DNA of 64,000 nt from Thermoanaerobaculia bacterium (lineage in GTDB: Bacteria > Acidobacteriota > Thermoanaerobaculia > Multivoradales > UBA5704). Shown piece after piece: positions 8,358 to 20,551 of the stretch. The notes beneath the pieces are model-generated. The model saw only the letters and a program-made list of their open reading frames with translations. It was not told the origin of the DNA and made no database searches. Position numbers and translations under genes: made by a program. The number at the start of each line of letters is the position of its first letter. Positions within the stretch are counted from its first letter, which is position 1. The DNA is taken from the NCBI GenBank assembly GCA_038250865.1, contig JBBSBW010000008.1, forward strand, positions 6,753 to 70,752, given 5' to 3'.

Positions 8358-9707
8358 CTAGTTTTTCACCCGCCCCGAGCACCCGCCGAACCCGATCGAG
8401 ACGTATCCCTCCCGCTCGCATCGCCCGGTAAAGCTCACTTCGTCACCCGCCTCCAGAAACGCACGCGCTTCTCCCGAAGGCAATTCCAGCGGCTCCTTGC
8501 CCCGCCAGGTCCGTTCGAGCAGGCAACCGCGATTTTCCGGCTCCGGCCCCGAGACCGTGCCGCTGCCGAGCAGATCCCCCGGCCGAAGGTTGCAGCCATT
8601 GCTCGCGTGGTGGGCGATCATCTGGGGAAATGTCCAGTAGAGAGAGCGGAAATCGGACCGGCTGACGCGCAGGGGCGCAAGGTTCTGCTCGCGCATCGCC
8701 TGGCTTTGCAGGTGGACTTCGAGCTGGATCGAAAACGCGCCTTCCTTCCGGTTGCGCTCCGAATCCAGATAGGGCAGCGGCGCGGGATCGCCCTCGGGGC
8801 GCGTTGCCGCGGGAACGCGAAACGGTTCGAGCGCTTCGAGCGTCACGATCCAGGGCGAGACGGTGGTCGCGAAGCTCTTGCCCAGGAACGGTCCGAGCGG
8901 CTGGTACTCCCAGGCTTGCAGGTCGCGCGCGGACCAGTCGTCTAAGAGCGAGAGCCCAAACAGGTGATCTTCTGCCTGCTCGATTCCGATCGGCTCGCCG
9001 AGCGGGTTGCCGGTCGCGATCCAGGCGCCGACTTCCAGCTCGTAGTCGAGCTGGCGCGAGGGACCGAACGTCGGCGCGTCCGCGTCCGGCGCTTTGCGCT
9101 GACCGCTCGGCCTACGGATCACGGTGCCGCTCGGTACGATCGAGGAGGCGCGGCCGTGGTAGCCGATCGGCACCCATTTGTAGTTCGGAAGCAGGGGGTT
9201 ATCCGGCCGGAACATCGAACCGACGTTCGTGGCGTGATCGATCGAGGCGTAGAAATCCGAGTAGTCGCCGATCTCGGCGGGGAGCAGCATCTCGACTTGA
9301 GAGAGAGGAAAGAGCATCGCCTCTCCCGCCGCGGAATCTTCCCCGAGCGGATTGTCTGTCCGGAGCAGTGTGAACAGCTGCCGCCGGAGGGCGCGGCGCG
9401 GCGCGGCGCCGAGGCGCATCAGGGCATTGAGCGAGGTGCCCGAGCAGGCGTTCGCAAGATCGGGAGCCACGCTGAGCCGGCCGGATTCGATCGCGGCGCA
9501 GAGATCGAGCACCTGGTCACCGATCGCGACGCCGATCCGCGGCGATTCGCCGGTGATCTGGAACACGCCGAACGGCAGATTCTGGAGCGGAAAGCCGGCA
9601 CCGGCTACGTTCGCCGAAGCGACGAAGCTCCGCGCCGCCGGATCGTGGGTTTCGTCGAGGCGGGAATCGCTCACGGGCACTCCTTCAAAAGGGGATATCG
9701 ATGTCAC
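8358..9707 (-). CDS. fahA: Fumarylacetoacetase (fumarylacetoacetate hydrolase, EC 3.7.1.2)
   Basis: Strong end-to-end similarity to eukaryotic and bacterial FAH: LQNLPFGVF, IGDYSDFYASIDHATNVG, GYHGRASS, DYELEVGAWI, WSARDLQAWEYQPLGPFLGKSF, HHASNGCNLRPGDLLGSGTVSGPEPE. GTG start at the ORF-track end. Confidence 0.9.
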   Translation of the reverse strand: MTSISPFEGVPVSDSRLDETHDPAARSFVASANVAGAGFPLQNLPFGVFQITGESPRIGVAIGDQVLDLCAAIESGRLSVAPDLANACSGTSLNALMRLGAAPRRALRRQLFTLLRTDNPLGEDSAAGEAMLFPLSQVEMLLPAEIGDYSDFYASIDHATNVGSMFRPDNPLLPNYKWVPIGYHGRASSIVPSGTVIRRPSGQRKAPDADAPTFGPSRQLDYELEVGAWIATGNPLGEPIGIEQAEDHLFGLSLLDDWSARDLQAWEYQPLGPFLGKSFATTVSPWIVTLEALEPFRVPAATRPEGDPAPLPYLDSERNRKEGAFSIQLEVHLQSQAMREQNLAPLRVSRSDFRSLYWTFPQMIAHHASNGCNLRPGDLLGSGTVSGPEPENRGCLLERTWRGKEPLELPSGEARAFLEAGDEVSFTGRCEREGYVSIGFGGCSGRVKN

Positions 9708-10575
9708 GGATCTCGTCCACCGGCTCGGTAAACGAGCAGGAGCCGATCGAGCGGCAGAACGAACGGCGCGCCTCGGTGATCTCGGAAGCGGTCAACCGCA
9801 CCCCTCGCCAGGTGATCGCGTCGTCTTCGATCTTTAGATCTCCTCGACCTTCACCCGAAAGCAGAGCGAGCGCCTCGCACTGCGGTCGGCCAGCCCAGAG
9901 AGCGGTGGCGGCGAGAAAAACGTTCAGGAAGCCGTGCATCTTGGCGCTGGGGCTTGACGGTTTGTAAGTTAGCGCTGCGTTGCCGCGGAGCGCGTGATGG
10001 AGGCCGGCGGTCGCCTTCCACGGGGCACGGGCTTCCGCGCAGGTTGTAAGGAAAGTGAGTACAGCGTCTGGCGAGGGAAAAGCTTTGGCTTCGAGACCGC
10101 CGGTTCGAACTTTGGCGCAGGCGCCGATTCGAGCAAGGGTGGCGACGAGTTGATCGAGGTTCGGCGCCTGGATCGGCAGCTCGAAATAGATCTCCCGCCC
10201 AGCCGGCACGAGGGCGCGAAGGCGCTCGATCGTTTCGGTTGTGTCGGCCGGTGTTTCGAAGGCGCCGATCTCGATCGCCGTTCGGTCCGCCGCGAAGGCT
10301 TGGGCGATCGCCAGATCCTCTTCCGCCGTCTCATGGCCGAGCAGCACGGAGAGAGACCAGCGCCCGTCGCGATCCTCGGCGGAAAGCTCGTCGAAGGCCT
10401 CGCCGAATTCCGCGAGGCGTTGGGCGGTGACGACGAAGCGGCCGAGCATTTCGTTTCCAGGGAGGCGATACTGAGCGTAGTTCCAGACCGCCTCACGCAT
10501 CGGCAATCCCGCGGGAGGGAAAAGCCCCGCGTAGTCGATCAGACCGGTCATCAAAGCGTGGATCGCGTGGCTCAT
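9685..10575 (-). CDS. Hypothetical protein (~297 aa) between the acetoacetyl-CoA synthetase and fah genes, translationally coupled to the synthetase
   Basis: ATG at 10573-10575 overlaps the TGA of the upstream gene (ATGA). Protein [21 protein letters not shown]...KVRTGGLEAKAFPSPDAVLTFL...HHALRGNAALTYKP has no family I can name. The longer 634-aa ORF-track entry is an R/P-rich artefact upstream. Confidence 0.5.
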   Translation of the reverse strand: MSHAIHALMTGLIDYAGLFPPAGLPMREAVWNYAQYRLPGNEMLGRFVVTAQRLAEFGEAFDELSAEDRDGRWSLSVLLGHETAEEDLAIAQAFAADRTAIEIGAFETPADTTETIERLRALVPAGREIYFELPIQAPNLDQLVATLARIGACAKVRTGGLEAKAFPSPDAVLTFLTTCAEARAPWKATAGLHHALRGNAALTYKPSSPSAKMHGFLNVFLAATALWAGRPQCEALALLSGEGRGDLKIEDDAITWRGVRLTASEITEARRSFCRSIGSCSFTEPVDEIRDIDIPF

Positions 10576-12473
10576 GTGGAAAGCTCCGGTAGGTCGCGGA
10601 AGACATCGAGCGCCGCGGGGTTCGCGAGGGCGTCCGCGTTGCCCAAGGTCTTGCCGTGGATCGCGGCGTGAACCGCCAGCTCGGAGAGCTTGCCGCTGAT
10701 CGTCCGCGGCAGGTCGGGGACGGCGAGAATCTTCTTCGGCACGTGGTGCGGGCTCGCGTGTTGGCGGATTTCTTGGCGGATTCGCTCGATCAGAGCGTAG
10801 TCGAGCGCGATGCCCGCCGCCAATCGGACGAAGAGGACGATGCGGACGTCCCCCTGCCACTCCTGGCCGACCGCGAGGCTTTCGAGGATCTCGGGCAGGC
10901 GCTCGACCTGGCGGTAGATCTCGGCGGTTCCGATGCGCACTCCGCCGGGGTTGAGCGTCGCGTCGCTCCGGCCGGAGATCACCAGGCCGACGTGCTCGGT
11001 GCCGTGTCGGGCCAACCGCGCCCAATCGCCGTGGCGCCAGACGCCGCGGCCGGGGAAGTGATCGAAATAGGCGGCGCGGTACTTTGCGCCGTCGGGGTCG
11101 TTCCAGAATCCGACCGGCATGCTGGGGAAGGGGCGGGTGCAGACCAGCTCGCCCGGTTCGTCTTCCAGGCTCTCGCCCTCGGGGCTCCAGACCTCCACCG
11201 CCATCCCCAGGCCGCGGCATTGCAGCTCGCCGCGCCAGACCGGGCCGGTCGGATCGCCGAGCGCGAAGCAGGAGAGCAAATCGGTGCCGCCTCTGATGCT
11301 CGCCAGGTGAACGTCTGACTTGATCCGGGTGTAGACGTAGTCGTAGCTCTCTGGAGCGAGCGGGCTGCCGGTCGAAAGAATCGTGCGGAGGGAAGTGAGA
11401 TCTCGGGTGGAGCCAGGGGCGAGGTTTTCCTGCTCGCAGAGGGCCAGATACTTGGCGCTGGTGCCGAAGATCGTGATCCGTTCCGCCTCGGCCATCTCCC
11501 AGAGGATGTCGCTTCGTGGCGAGAGCGGCGCGCCGTCGTAGAGCACGACCGTGGCGCCGACCGCGAGGCTCGAAATCAGCCAGTTCCACATCATCCAGCC
11601 GCAGGTCGTGAAGTAGAAGATCCGGTCGTCGCGCGACAAGTCGGTGTGGAGGATCAGCTCTTTGAGATGCTGCAGGAGCGTGCCCCCCGCGCCGTGGACG
11701 ATCCCCTTCGGCAGCCCCGTCGTGCCGCTCGAATAGACGACGTAGAGCGGATGGTCGAACGGCAGGCGCAGGAATGTGGGCTCTTCGGGAGCGTTGACCG
11801 CTTCGAGCCAGGCGGCGAGGGGCACCGTGCGCGGAATCCGCGCGGCGCCGGGCGATTCTTCTCCCACGAGCACGATCCGCTCGGTCTCGGGAAGCTCGGC
11901 GACGATCGAGGAGAGCCGTTCGGTGAGATCGATGAGCTTGCCCCCGTAGCGCGTGGACGTGGCGGCGAACAGCACTTTCGGTCGCGTCTGGCCGAAGCGG
12001 TCGAGGACCGCGCTTTCGCCGAAATCGGGGCTCACCGAGGTCCAGATCGCGCCGATCGAAGCGGCGGCGAGGGCGGCGATCACGGTTTCGGGCACATTCG
12101 GCAGGTAGCCCCCGACGCGATCACCCGGGACGACGCCGGACGCCGCGAGAGCGGTCTGATAGCGGGCGACCTGCGTGGCGAGATCGGCGAAGCTCAGCTC
12201 GCTTTGGCGCCCCTGCTCGTTCCAGGCGATCAGGGCGGGACGGTCGTCGCGGAAGCGTAGGAGGTTTTCGGCAAAGTTCAGATTTGAGAGGGGTTCCTCG
12301 CCGATCACCTCGCCAAATTCCCAGATCGCCGGCCAGAACTTCTCGGGGAAATCAACCGACCATCGCCAAAGCTCGGCCATACCCGCTCCGGGCAGATAAC
12401 GCGCGGCGAATCGCGACAGATTCGCTGCGGCCGCCCGTTCAGGGCTGGGGGTCCAGATCGGTCCTTCGGTCAT
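10572..12473 (-). CDS. Acetoacetyl-CoA synthetase (acetoacetate--CoA ligase)
   Basis: From ATG at 12471-12473: [11 protein letters not shown]...AENLLRF...[26 protein letters not shown]...[10 protein letters not shown]...WRHGDW...[20 protein letters not shown], colinear with AACS-type AMP-forming ligases. Its stop overlaps the start of the next gene. Confidence 0.85.
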   Translation of the reverse strand: MTEGPIWTPSPERAAAANLSRFAARYLPGAGMAELWRWSVDFPEKFWPAIWEFGEVIGEEPLSNLNFAENLLRFRDDRPALIAWNEQGRQSELSFADLATQVARYQTALAASGVVPGDRVGGYLPNVPETVIAALAAASIGAIWTSVSPDFGESAVLDRFGQTRPKVLFAATSTRYGGKLIDLTERLSSIVAELPETERIVLVGEESPGAARIPRTVPLAAWLEAVNAPEEPTFLRLPFDHPLYVVYSSGTTGLPKGIVHGAGGTLLQHLKELILHTDLSRDDRIFYFTTCGWMMWNWLISSLAVGATVVLYDGAPLSPRSDILWEMAEAERITIFGTSAKYLALCEQENLAPGSTRDLTSLRTILSTGSPLAPESYDYVYTRIKSDVHLASIRGGTDLLSCFALGDPTGPVWRGELQCRGLGMAVEVWSPEGESLEDEPGELVCTRPFPSMPVGFWNDPDGAKYRAAYFDHFPGRGVWRHGDWARLARHGTEHVGLVISGRSDATLNPGGVRIGTAEIYRQVERLPEILESLAVGQEWQGDVRIVLFVRLAAGIALDYALIERIRQEIRQHASPHHVPKKILAVPDLPRTISGKLSELAVHAAIHGKTLGNADALANPAALDVFRDLPELST

Positions 12474-13630
12474 TCGATCCAGCTGCGGAAATAGCCCGGA
12501 TCTTCGAAACTCATCGCGGCTCTCGCCACGTGCAGCGGCCGGAACGAGTCCATCATCACCGCCAGCTCGTTCGTCCATTTGGCACCGATCGACGCCTCGG
12601 CGCGGCCGGGGTGCGGACCGTGCGGCAGACCGTCCGGATGGTGGGTGATCGAACCGTATTCGATTCCCTTGCGGCTCATGAATTCAGCCGAGGCATAGAA
12701 CAGCACCTCGTCCGAATCGACGTTGCTGTGGTTGTACGGCGCAGGCACCGCCTGGGGGTCAAAATCGTAGGGTCGAGGACAGAACGAGCAGATGACGAAG
12801 CCGTCCCCCTCGAACGTCTGATGCACCGGCGGCGGCTGATGGATGCGGCCGACGATCGGCTCGAAATCGTGGATGTTGAACGCCCACGGATAGAAGTAGC
12901 CATCCCAGCCGACCGCGTCGAACGGGTGATGATCGAGCACCAGCTCGTGGAGCGCCTGGTTTTGCTTGACGAGGATCGGAAATTCGCCCTTCTCGTCGTG
13001 GGTGATCAGCTCTTTCGGCCGGCGGATGTCGCGCTCGCAGTAGGGTGCCCCTTCGAGCAGCTGGCCGACTTTGTTCCGATACCGTTTCGGAAAGCGGATG
13101 TGGCCACGGCTTTCGATCACCAGCAGTTTGACCGGACCGGCCGCGAAATCGAAACGCCAGCGGTGGAGGATGTTGCGATGGAGCACCACGTAATCGCCCG
13201 GTCCGACAGGGAGCGTTCCGAACGCCGATTCGAGCACGCCGGTTCCTTCCACCACGTAGACGCACTCGTCGCCCTGCGAGTTGCGATAAAACGCCTCGTC
13301 ATTCCGGTCGGGCTCAGCCACCAGCATTGCGACTTCGGCGTTGAATACGACCGGTGTCCGGTCGAGCGTCGGGCTGCCGCCCTTCTTCGCCGCCGCCGTA
13401 CGGAAATGGCGATGGCGGAGCGAGGTCTCCTCGTCCGCCTGCCAGACGACCGGCGCGATCTTCCGGGCCGAAAGCACCGCCGTTGGCGGGTGGACGTGGT
13501 AGAGCAGAGACGAGGTGCCGACGAACCCTTCGTGCCCCATCAGCTCTTCGGCGTAAAGGCCGCCGTCCGGGCGTCGGAACGCCGTGTGGCGTTTCTTGGG
13601 GAATTTACCCAGCGAGTGGTAGATCGGCAT
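12470..13630 (-). CDS. hmgA: Homogentisate 1,2-dioxygenase
   Basis: 386 aa: MPIYHSLGKFPKKRHTAFRRPDGGLYAEELMG...HDEKGEFPILVKQ...HNVDSDEVLFYASAEFMSRKGIEYGSITHHPDGLPHGPHPG, diagnostic for HGD. It overlaps the downstream synthetase start by 4 nt. Confidence 0.9.
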   Translation of the reverse strand: MPIYHSLGKFPKKRHTAFRRPDGGLYAEELMGHEGFVGTSSLLYHVHPPTAVLSARKIAPVVWQADEETSLRHRHFRTAAAKKGGSPTLDRTPVVFNAEVAMLVAEPDRNDEAFYRNSQGDECVYVVEGTGVLESAFGTLPVGPGDYVVLHRNILHRWRFDFAAGPVKLLVIESRGHIRFPKRYRNKVGQLLEGAPYCERDIRRPKELITHDEKGEFPILVKQNQALHELVLDHHPFDAVGWDGYFYPWAFNIHDFEPIVGRIHQPPPVHQTFEGDGFVICSFCPRPYDFDPQAVPAPYNHSNVDSDEVLFYASAEFMSRKGIEYGSITHHPDGLPHGPHPGRAEASIGAKWTNELAVMMDSFRPLHVARAAMSFEDPGYFRSWIE

Positions 13631-13682
13631 CTCTTGGCTACTCCGTCGAGAGTTCGGGTAGTGGTTTCACGGCGGTCCGGGA

Positions 13683-15862
<2,180 letters not shown>

Positions 15863-15985
15863 AGCTTGCCCCGCGCCGACGAGCGGCGAGGGTCGAAGGG
15901 CGCGCTCGATGGCCGCCAGTTCCCTGCCGATGTCGATTCTCGGTAGTTGTTGATGCAGACGAGGCCAGGCTACCATCTGCATCGG

Positions 15986-16260
15986 AGGCGCCAGAAATGC
16001 GAACCACCCTCAATGTCGACGACGAGGCCCTCGGCGGTGCGATTCGCAAACGAGACCGCCTGGCTTGAAAGTCCTGGTCGATACTTCGGTCTGGGTCGAC
16101 TTCCTCAACGGCCACGCCGCTCGACCATCGACTGCCTGATCGCGCTCCTGGCCGAAGAGCACGGCTGCGCGCTGCTGGCCCGAGACAAGGACCTGACGAT
16201 CATTCTGGAAAGAGGAGTCCTTCCTGTGAGCCGCTGGCCCTCGGAGATATCCCCGTCCTG
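15986..16260 (+). pseudogene. Decayed vapBC-like toxin-antitoxin remnant (truncated 23-codon antitoxin plus PIN toxin fragments separated by a frameshift or deletion)
   Basis: MRTTLNVDDEALGGAIRKRDRLA* (antitoxin N-terminus only). Then LKVLVDTSVWVDFLNGHAA (PIN N-terminus) in one frame and IDCLIALLAEEHGCALLARDKDLTIILERGV (PIN C-terminus) in another. The middle of the PIN domain is missing. Confidence 0.5.
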
Positions 16261-16294
16261 AACGCCCCGACGAGCGGCGAGCGAAGGGAAACCG

Positions 16295-16765
16295 ATGGGC
16301 AGGTCTGTTTTGGTGGCCACTGACGTGCGGGATTTGAGCGCCTTGACCGCCGGAACGCAATCGGGGTTCGAAGTGATCTGGGCCCTCCGCGAGGCCGATC
16401 TCCGCCGCACCCTCAAGGCGCAACGATTCGATCGAAACCTCCGGGAGAGCTCGCCGGTGCGGACCGTCTACGCGGCCAGCGGGCAGGTGGCTATTCCCAC
16501 CGCGGCGGTCGATCAAAAAGCGCGGACGGCGCTCATCGTCTTCGATGGCGGAATAGTGAACGGCGTAGAACTCGATCCCTCGCTCGTGCGGCGTTGCGGC
16601 GCAGCGAGCCGCATCACCGCCGATCTCCCCCAAGATTACTTTCCCGTCGTGATCTCAAGTCCCGGCGAAGTCGTGGTCGCCGGGGTCGAGACAGCCCCAG
16701 AGCCTTATCGGCCGACGGTGATCGTCCGGCGCTACCGGGTGGGGGCGTGCTCCGAGGGGAATTGA
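16295..16765 (+). CDS. Hypothetical protein
   Basis: 156-aa ORF with no recognisable motifs. Coding status rests only on length and context. Confidence 0.3.
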   Translation: MGRSVLVATDVRDLSALTAGTQSGFEVIWALREADLRRTLKAQRFDRNLRESSPVRTVYAASGQVAIPTAAVDQKARTALIVFDGGIVNGVELDPSLVRRCGAASRITADLPQDYFPVVISSPGEVVVAGVETAPEPYRPTVIVRRYRVGACSEGN

Positions 16766-16887
16766 CCGGGTGGCATTTTTTCAGCCACATACCACCGAGG
16801 CATCCTTTCTGGTCTCCGTTCTCGCGTTACCAAGATATAGGTGGTCCGACGAAAAAGGCGAGCTTGCCTTCGAGAGGAGTGGGAAAG

Positions 16888-17787
16888 ATGTTTTGGAGGA
16901 TGCACCGAGACCTGGTAGCCCTACTTACGTTTGGAGCCTTTGTCACCTTTGGGGGAGCGCTGAATGCCCAACGAGCGTGCCTGGACAACTTCACGGAGTC
17001 GGGGGATTGGTCGAGCGGGAAATCTTTCAAGACGTTCGTTGAGGCGAAGGAAACGACGTATGACAAGGCGTTTCTTGCCGTGGCCCGTGAATTGGCGACG
17101 GCAGGCCTCCTCGGACTTTCGAGCAACAAGGAAATCGGAGTCGTTTCCGCGTACCAGGAAAACAGCGGCAAGAAGTCAACGATGACTGTGGTGGTCACTG
17201 AATCGACTGGGTCAATTCGGGTTGAGGCGACGTTTCACCTCGCTCAGGGCCTTCGCTCACCAAGCGCCGCCGTACGAGAAGCCTTGTGTGGCGCTGTCGA
17301 ACCAGCCCTCTCAGAAGCCCAACGGTCCGCGTCAGGTGCGGATTCCTCGGGAATCGCGCTGCGGGTCGGAGAAAAAGATGTACCGCTACCAGTGGCGGTA
17401 GGTGAGTTCCGGAAAGGTGGATTTGGGCCTGTGATGCTCCTTTACTTCGACTTCGCGGGGACAAGGGCCGAGATTCGATCCGGGAATCGAAGGCCGTCCC
17501 TTCTCGTCCGTTCGGCGAACCACCCTAACGAGACCTATCTGCTAGTTCGTTGCGAACCTAAAGGCGACAAACGCTCCATCAAAGTGGGCTCGGCCGGTAG
17601 CCTTTTAAAGAGTGCCGTTACCGGCGGGGGCGATTTGGCTCCCGACCAAGGCTGGACTCTTCCCTTTTCTAGCGTGCAAGATGGGCAAGGAATCTGGCGG
17701 TTGACGGCGACCTCCGATCTGCCGCCGGGAGAATATGGCCTCTGGGATATCCAGGGTTACGGCGTTGCTCTTTTTGGAGTGGATTGA
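16888..17787 (+). CDS. Hypothetical secreted protein in a lower-GC segment
   Basis: ATG at 16888 gives MFWRMHRDLVALLTFGAFVTFGGALNAQ (signal peptide). Local GC is visibly lower than in flanking genes. The upstream R-rich extension in the ORF track is rejected. Confidence 0.5.
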   Translation: MFWRMHRDLVALLTFGAFVTFGGALNAQRACLDNFTESGDWSSGKSFKTFVEAKETTYDKAFLAVARELATAGLLGLSSNKEIGVVSAYQENSGKKSTMTVVVTESTGSIRVEATFHLAQGLRSPSAAVREALCGAVEPALSEAQRSASGADSSGIALRVGEKDVPLPVAVGEFRKGGFGPVMLLYFDFAGTRAEIRSGNRRPSLLVRSANHPNETYLLVRCEPKGDKRSIKVGSAGSLLKSAVTGGGDLAPDQGWTLPFSSVQDGQGIWRLTATSDLPPGEYGLWDIQGYGVALFGVD

Positions 17788-18024
17788 GACAACGCAGGTT
17801 CCTGGGATTGTGGGTGACGGTTGCCGGCAGATCCTCGATCGCCTAGGCGGAGGCGAGGGGATGACGTCGTCGTCCGTGAAGCTTGGGAGTTCGCGCAGGA
17901 TCACTTCAGTCGGCTCTCCCTGCGCCAAGTATCCGGGAATGACCCGAACGAGAACGCGGGTTCCCCGAACCGGCTTCCCGCTGCAGATGGCTGGGTCATG
18001 GACCATTCGATCGTGGAAATTCAT
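17605..18024 (-). CDS. DUF433-domain protein (antitoxin-like) with atypical C-terminal extension, possibly frameshifted
   Basis: ATG at 18022-18024: MNFHDRMVHDPAICSGKPVRGTRVLVRVIPGYLAQGEPTEVILRELPSFTDDDV is a canonical DUF433 core. After DDDV the frame continues as a low-complexity tail to 17605, overlapping the end of the convergent gene. The true 3' end is probably near 17800. Confidence 0.45.
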   Translation of the reverse strand: MNFHDRMVHDPAICSGKPVRGTRVLVRVIPGYLAQGEPTEVILRELPSFTDDDVIPSPPPRRSRICRQPSPTIPGTCVVSIHSKKSNAVTLDIPEAIFSRRQIGGRRQPPDSLPILHARKGKSPALVGSQIAPAGNGTL

Positions 18025-18113
18025 GTGCATGAAGACTCTCGCCTTCGACCACGGCCGGTTCGGGGTCCGGGCTCGAAGGATGCTACGACGAATGTGATCG
18101 CGGCGACCTCGGT

Positions 18114-18548
18114 TCATTGCCGCTGGCGTCGAAGCGGATTGAAGATCTCCACGCCATAGAAGTCGTCTTCGTTGTCCGTGACGACGATACAGTTGTTCGC
18201 CTCAGCGGTCGCGGCAATAATGGTGTCTAGCGCGCTGCGGGAACGGCCTTTTGCCTTGCCTTCCGCCATCAGTCTCGCCCAAGCGAGGCCAGCCTTTTCG
18301 TCGAAGGTTAGGACGCGGCCGGCGAAAAGAGCCGAGGGACCTTCCGGCCCGGTGAACCAGGCCTCCAGTTGGTCCCGCTTCCGGCCGAAGGGCTTCTCCA
18401 GCACCCCGCGCCAGACCTCGGCGACGGTCAAAGAGGAAATGAAAAGATCGTCATCCGCCTGCTCCGCCATCCAGGCGACCAGCAACTCCGAGGGAGCGGG
18501 TTTGGTGATGTTGCTGATGATGTTGGTGTCGAGCAGGAAACGACTCAC
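18114..18548 (-). CDS. vapC: Type II toxin VapC (PIN domain, FitB-like)
   Basis: MSRFLLDTNIISNITKPAPSE...TFDEKAGLAWARL...DTIIAATAEANNCIVVTDNEDDF: PIN acidic residues are present. It overlaps the upstream antitoxin by 4 nt. Confidence 0.8.
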   Translation of the reverse strand: MSRFLLDTNIISNITKPAPSELLVAWMAEQADDDLFISSLTVAEVWRGVLEKPFGRKRDQLEAWFTGPEGPSALFAGRVLTFDEKAGLAWARLMAEGKAKGRSRSALDTIIAATAEANNCIVVTDNEDDFYGVEIFNPLRRQRQ

Positions 18549-18847
18549 AGGTCAACCTTGCGACCTGGTTCAAACGGACGATCGGGAATGGCGTCCGCAC
18601 CGACGAGCGGCGAACGCCGCAGGGCTTCGAGGATCCCTCCTTTCTTTTGCGGTTCGCCGACGATGCCTTGGCTGACCACTGTGCGCAGGCGATCCGCGTC
18701 GGGGCCCTCCTCCGCCAAGCGTTTGGCGAGGGAACGGATCAGTTCGCGGTCGGCGTCGCGCCCCAGGACCTCGAAGCGGGACATTCCGCGTTCGACCAAT
18801 CGGCTCCGGTAGTTCTTAATGGCGCGCGTCTGAGATGTGTCGACCAT
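18545..18847 (-). CDS. vapB: Antitoxin of VapBC pair (RHH/FitA-like)
   Basis: ATG at 18845-18847: MVDTSQTRAIKNYRSRLVERGMSRFEVLGRDADRELIRSLAKRLAEEG. Small, immediately upstream of the PIN toxin and overlapping it. Confidence 0.6.
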   Translation of the reverse strand: MVDTSQTRAIKNYRSRLVERGMSRFEVLGRDADRELIRSLAKRLAEEGPDADRLRTVVSQGIVGEPQKKGGILEALRRSPLVGADAIPDRPFEPGRKVDL

Positions 18848-18971
18848 GATGCCCTCCACCTTATTGCCGGTAATATATCCAGTAACCACCCATGCGGCAA
18901 GATGGAGCTATTCGAGCATGGCTTGTCGCGATCCCTCGGATCAGATCCACTTCCAGTAGAGTACCCGCCGC

Positions 18972-19247
18972 ATGAAGCCCCTCGCCGTCGCCCTGCTCGC
19001 CCTTTTCGTGATCCTCACCGCCGGTTCGGCGGTCGGGCTCGATTTGGGCTGCTCGGACGATTGCGACCGCGGCGCGCCGTGCCGCGAGGCTTGCGCTTCT
19101 TGTAGCTGCAACCCGGTGGTACCGGCTCCCCTTGGCGTTTTGCTGCCCGGGGCGGAGCGGCCTCACGTCGCTTCGATGGCTGTGGTTCGAGGCGAGCCGC
19201 TCCCCGGCGTATCCCGCGCAGTCCTGCACGTCCCGCTCTTCGCTTGA
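18972..19247 (+). CDS. Small secreted cysteine-rich protein upstream of the RND efflux operon
   Basis: MKPLAVALLALFVILTAGSAVG signal peptide, then LDLGCSDDCDRGAPCREACASCSCNPVVP (8 Cys in 30 residues). Coding status is uncertain. Confidence 0.35.
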   Translation: MKPLAVALLALFVILTAGSAVGLDLGCSDDCDRGAPCREACASCSCNPVVPAPLGVLLPGAERPHVASMAVVRGEPLPGVSRAVLHVPLFA

Positions 19248-19318
19248 CCTCCGCTTTCCGCTGAAGTCTCCAACCCGGCGTGCGTCTTCGCACGTCTGAA
19301 GCGGCGAGGTCTTGGCTC

Positions 19319-20551
19319 ATGCTCATCCGTTCCGCGGTCGGTTCGACCGCTTGTTTCTTGTTGTGCACTCTGGTGCTCGCCCGGTCGGCGGACGGGCAGG
19401 TGCCCCCTCGGCTCGAAGATCTCCTCGCGCGAGCCAAGCCGAGCGCGGAGGAACTGGCCGCTTCCTCCGAGCTGGCCGCCGCTCGGCGCGAGCTGGGCGG
19501 CACCTCGGCGCGCTTTGCCGCGGGACCGACCCTCGGGATCGAGACCGGCCCTCGGCGAACGAACGGCTCGACCGACGCAGATGTTGCGATCGACCTCGAT
19601 CTGCCGCTGCTCGGCAAGGGAAACGGTCGAGAGGAAGCCCTCGCGGCTCTGGAACGGGCGGGTGTGCGGCTGCCGGTCGCGGCCCGGATTGAAACCCGCG
19701 GCCGGATTACCGCAGCGTTCGTCGCGGCCTGGGCCGCCGAGAGGGAGGTCCTCTTGCGCGGCGAGGATGTCTCGACGGTCGAGCGCTGGTTGCAGATCGC
19801 GAAGCACCGTTTGGACCAGGGAGCCGAGGCGGCGTTCGAGGTCGATCTGGTCGCTTTCGATTTGGAGCAGGCGCGCGCCGCGAGGGCCGAGGCACTCGCC
19901 GCCCGGGCGGTGGCCTGGGGTCAGCTCGCGGTTTGGGTTGAGCCACCGCTCCAAGATTTACCCGCGGCGGGGAACGGCGAAGGAATCGCCGAGCCGGCGC
20001 CGCCCGATCTGCCGGCCGATGTGGATCTCATCGCCCGGTTCGAGTCGAGTCCTCTCGGTTTGGCCTTTGCCGCCCGGCGCGATCTCGCGGTGGCCCTGGC
20101 GCGGTTTGACTTGGGCCGGTCGCAATCCCGCTGGGTGCTCCGTTCGAGCTTGGCTCGCGAAGCGGAGGAGAGCGTCGCGCGGTTCGGACTCGCCTATCGA
20201 TTTCCGCTCGCGGCCGAGCGGCCCACGGCGGATCAGGCGCTCACCGCGGCGATCGCGGCGGCCGAACGAGAGGCCGGCCAACGCCTGGCCGAACTCGGCG
20301 TGCGCTTCGCCGCGGCCCGTGCCCGCTACCTCGCCCTTCATCCTTCGGCGTCGTCCCCGACCGACCCTTCGCCGGAGCGCACCCTCGCTGCGATCGAGCT
20401 GCGGCTCACCGAAGGGAAATCTCGCTCTTCCGAGGCCCTACTGCTGCGCCGCTCCGTGCTCGCGGCGGAGCTTGCCCGAATCCAACGACGTGCTTCCCTC
20501 CTGTCCGCTGCTTGGGAGCTTGCCGCTCTGACCGCCGAGGTGTTGCCATGA
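19319..20551 (+). CDS. Outer membrane efflux protein (TolC/CzcC-like outer membrane factor) of a tripartite RND system
   Basis: ATG at 19319: MLIRSAVGSTACFLLCTLVLARSADGQ signal peptide, then Ala/Leu/Arg-rich coiled-coil-type OEP repeats. Its stop overlaps the MFP start. Confidence 0.7.
   Translation: MLIRSAVGSTACFLLCTLVLARSADGQVPPRLEDLLARAKPSAEELAASSELAAARRELGGTSARFAAGPTLGIETGPRRTNGSTDADVAIDLDLPLLGKGNGREEALAALERAGVRLPVAARIETRGRITAAFVAAWAAEREVLLRGEDVSTVERWLQIAKHRLDQGAEAAFEVDLVAFDLEQARAARAEALAARAVAWGQLAVWVEPPLQDLPAAGNGEGIAEPAPPDLPADVDLIARFESSPLGLAFAARRDLAVALARFDLGRSQSRWVLRSSLAREAEESVARFGLAYRFPLAAERPTADQALTAAIAAAEREAGQRLAELGVRFAAARARYLALHPSASSPTDPSPERTLAAIELRLTEGKSRSSEALLLRRSVLAAELARIQRRASLLSAAWELAALTAEVLP

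Noticed and set aside
9685-11589. 634-aa ORF-track entry as one protein
   Set aside because: Only the last ~297 aa (from ATG 10575) look protein-like. The upstream part is an out-of-frame overlap with the acetoacetyl-CoA synthetase gene.
16594-17787. N-terminal 98-codon extension of the secreted protein ORF
   Set aside because: Arg-rich and overlaps the preceding ORF. A clean signal peptide starts at the internal ATG 16888.
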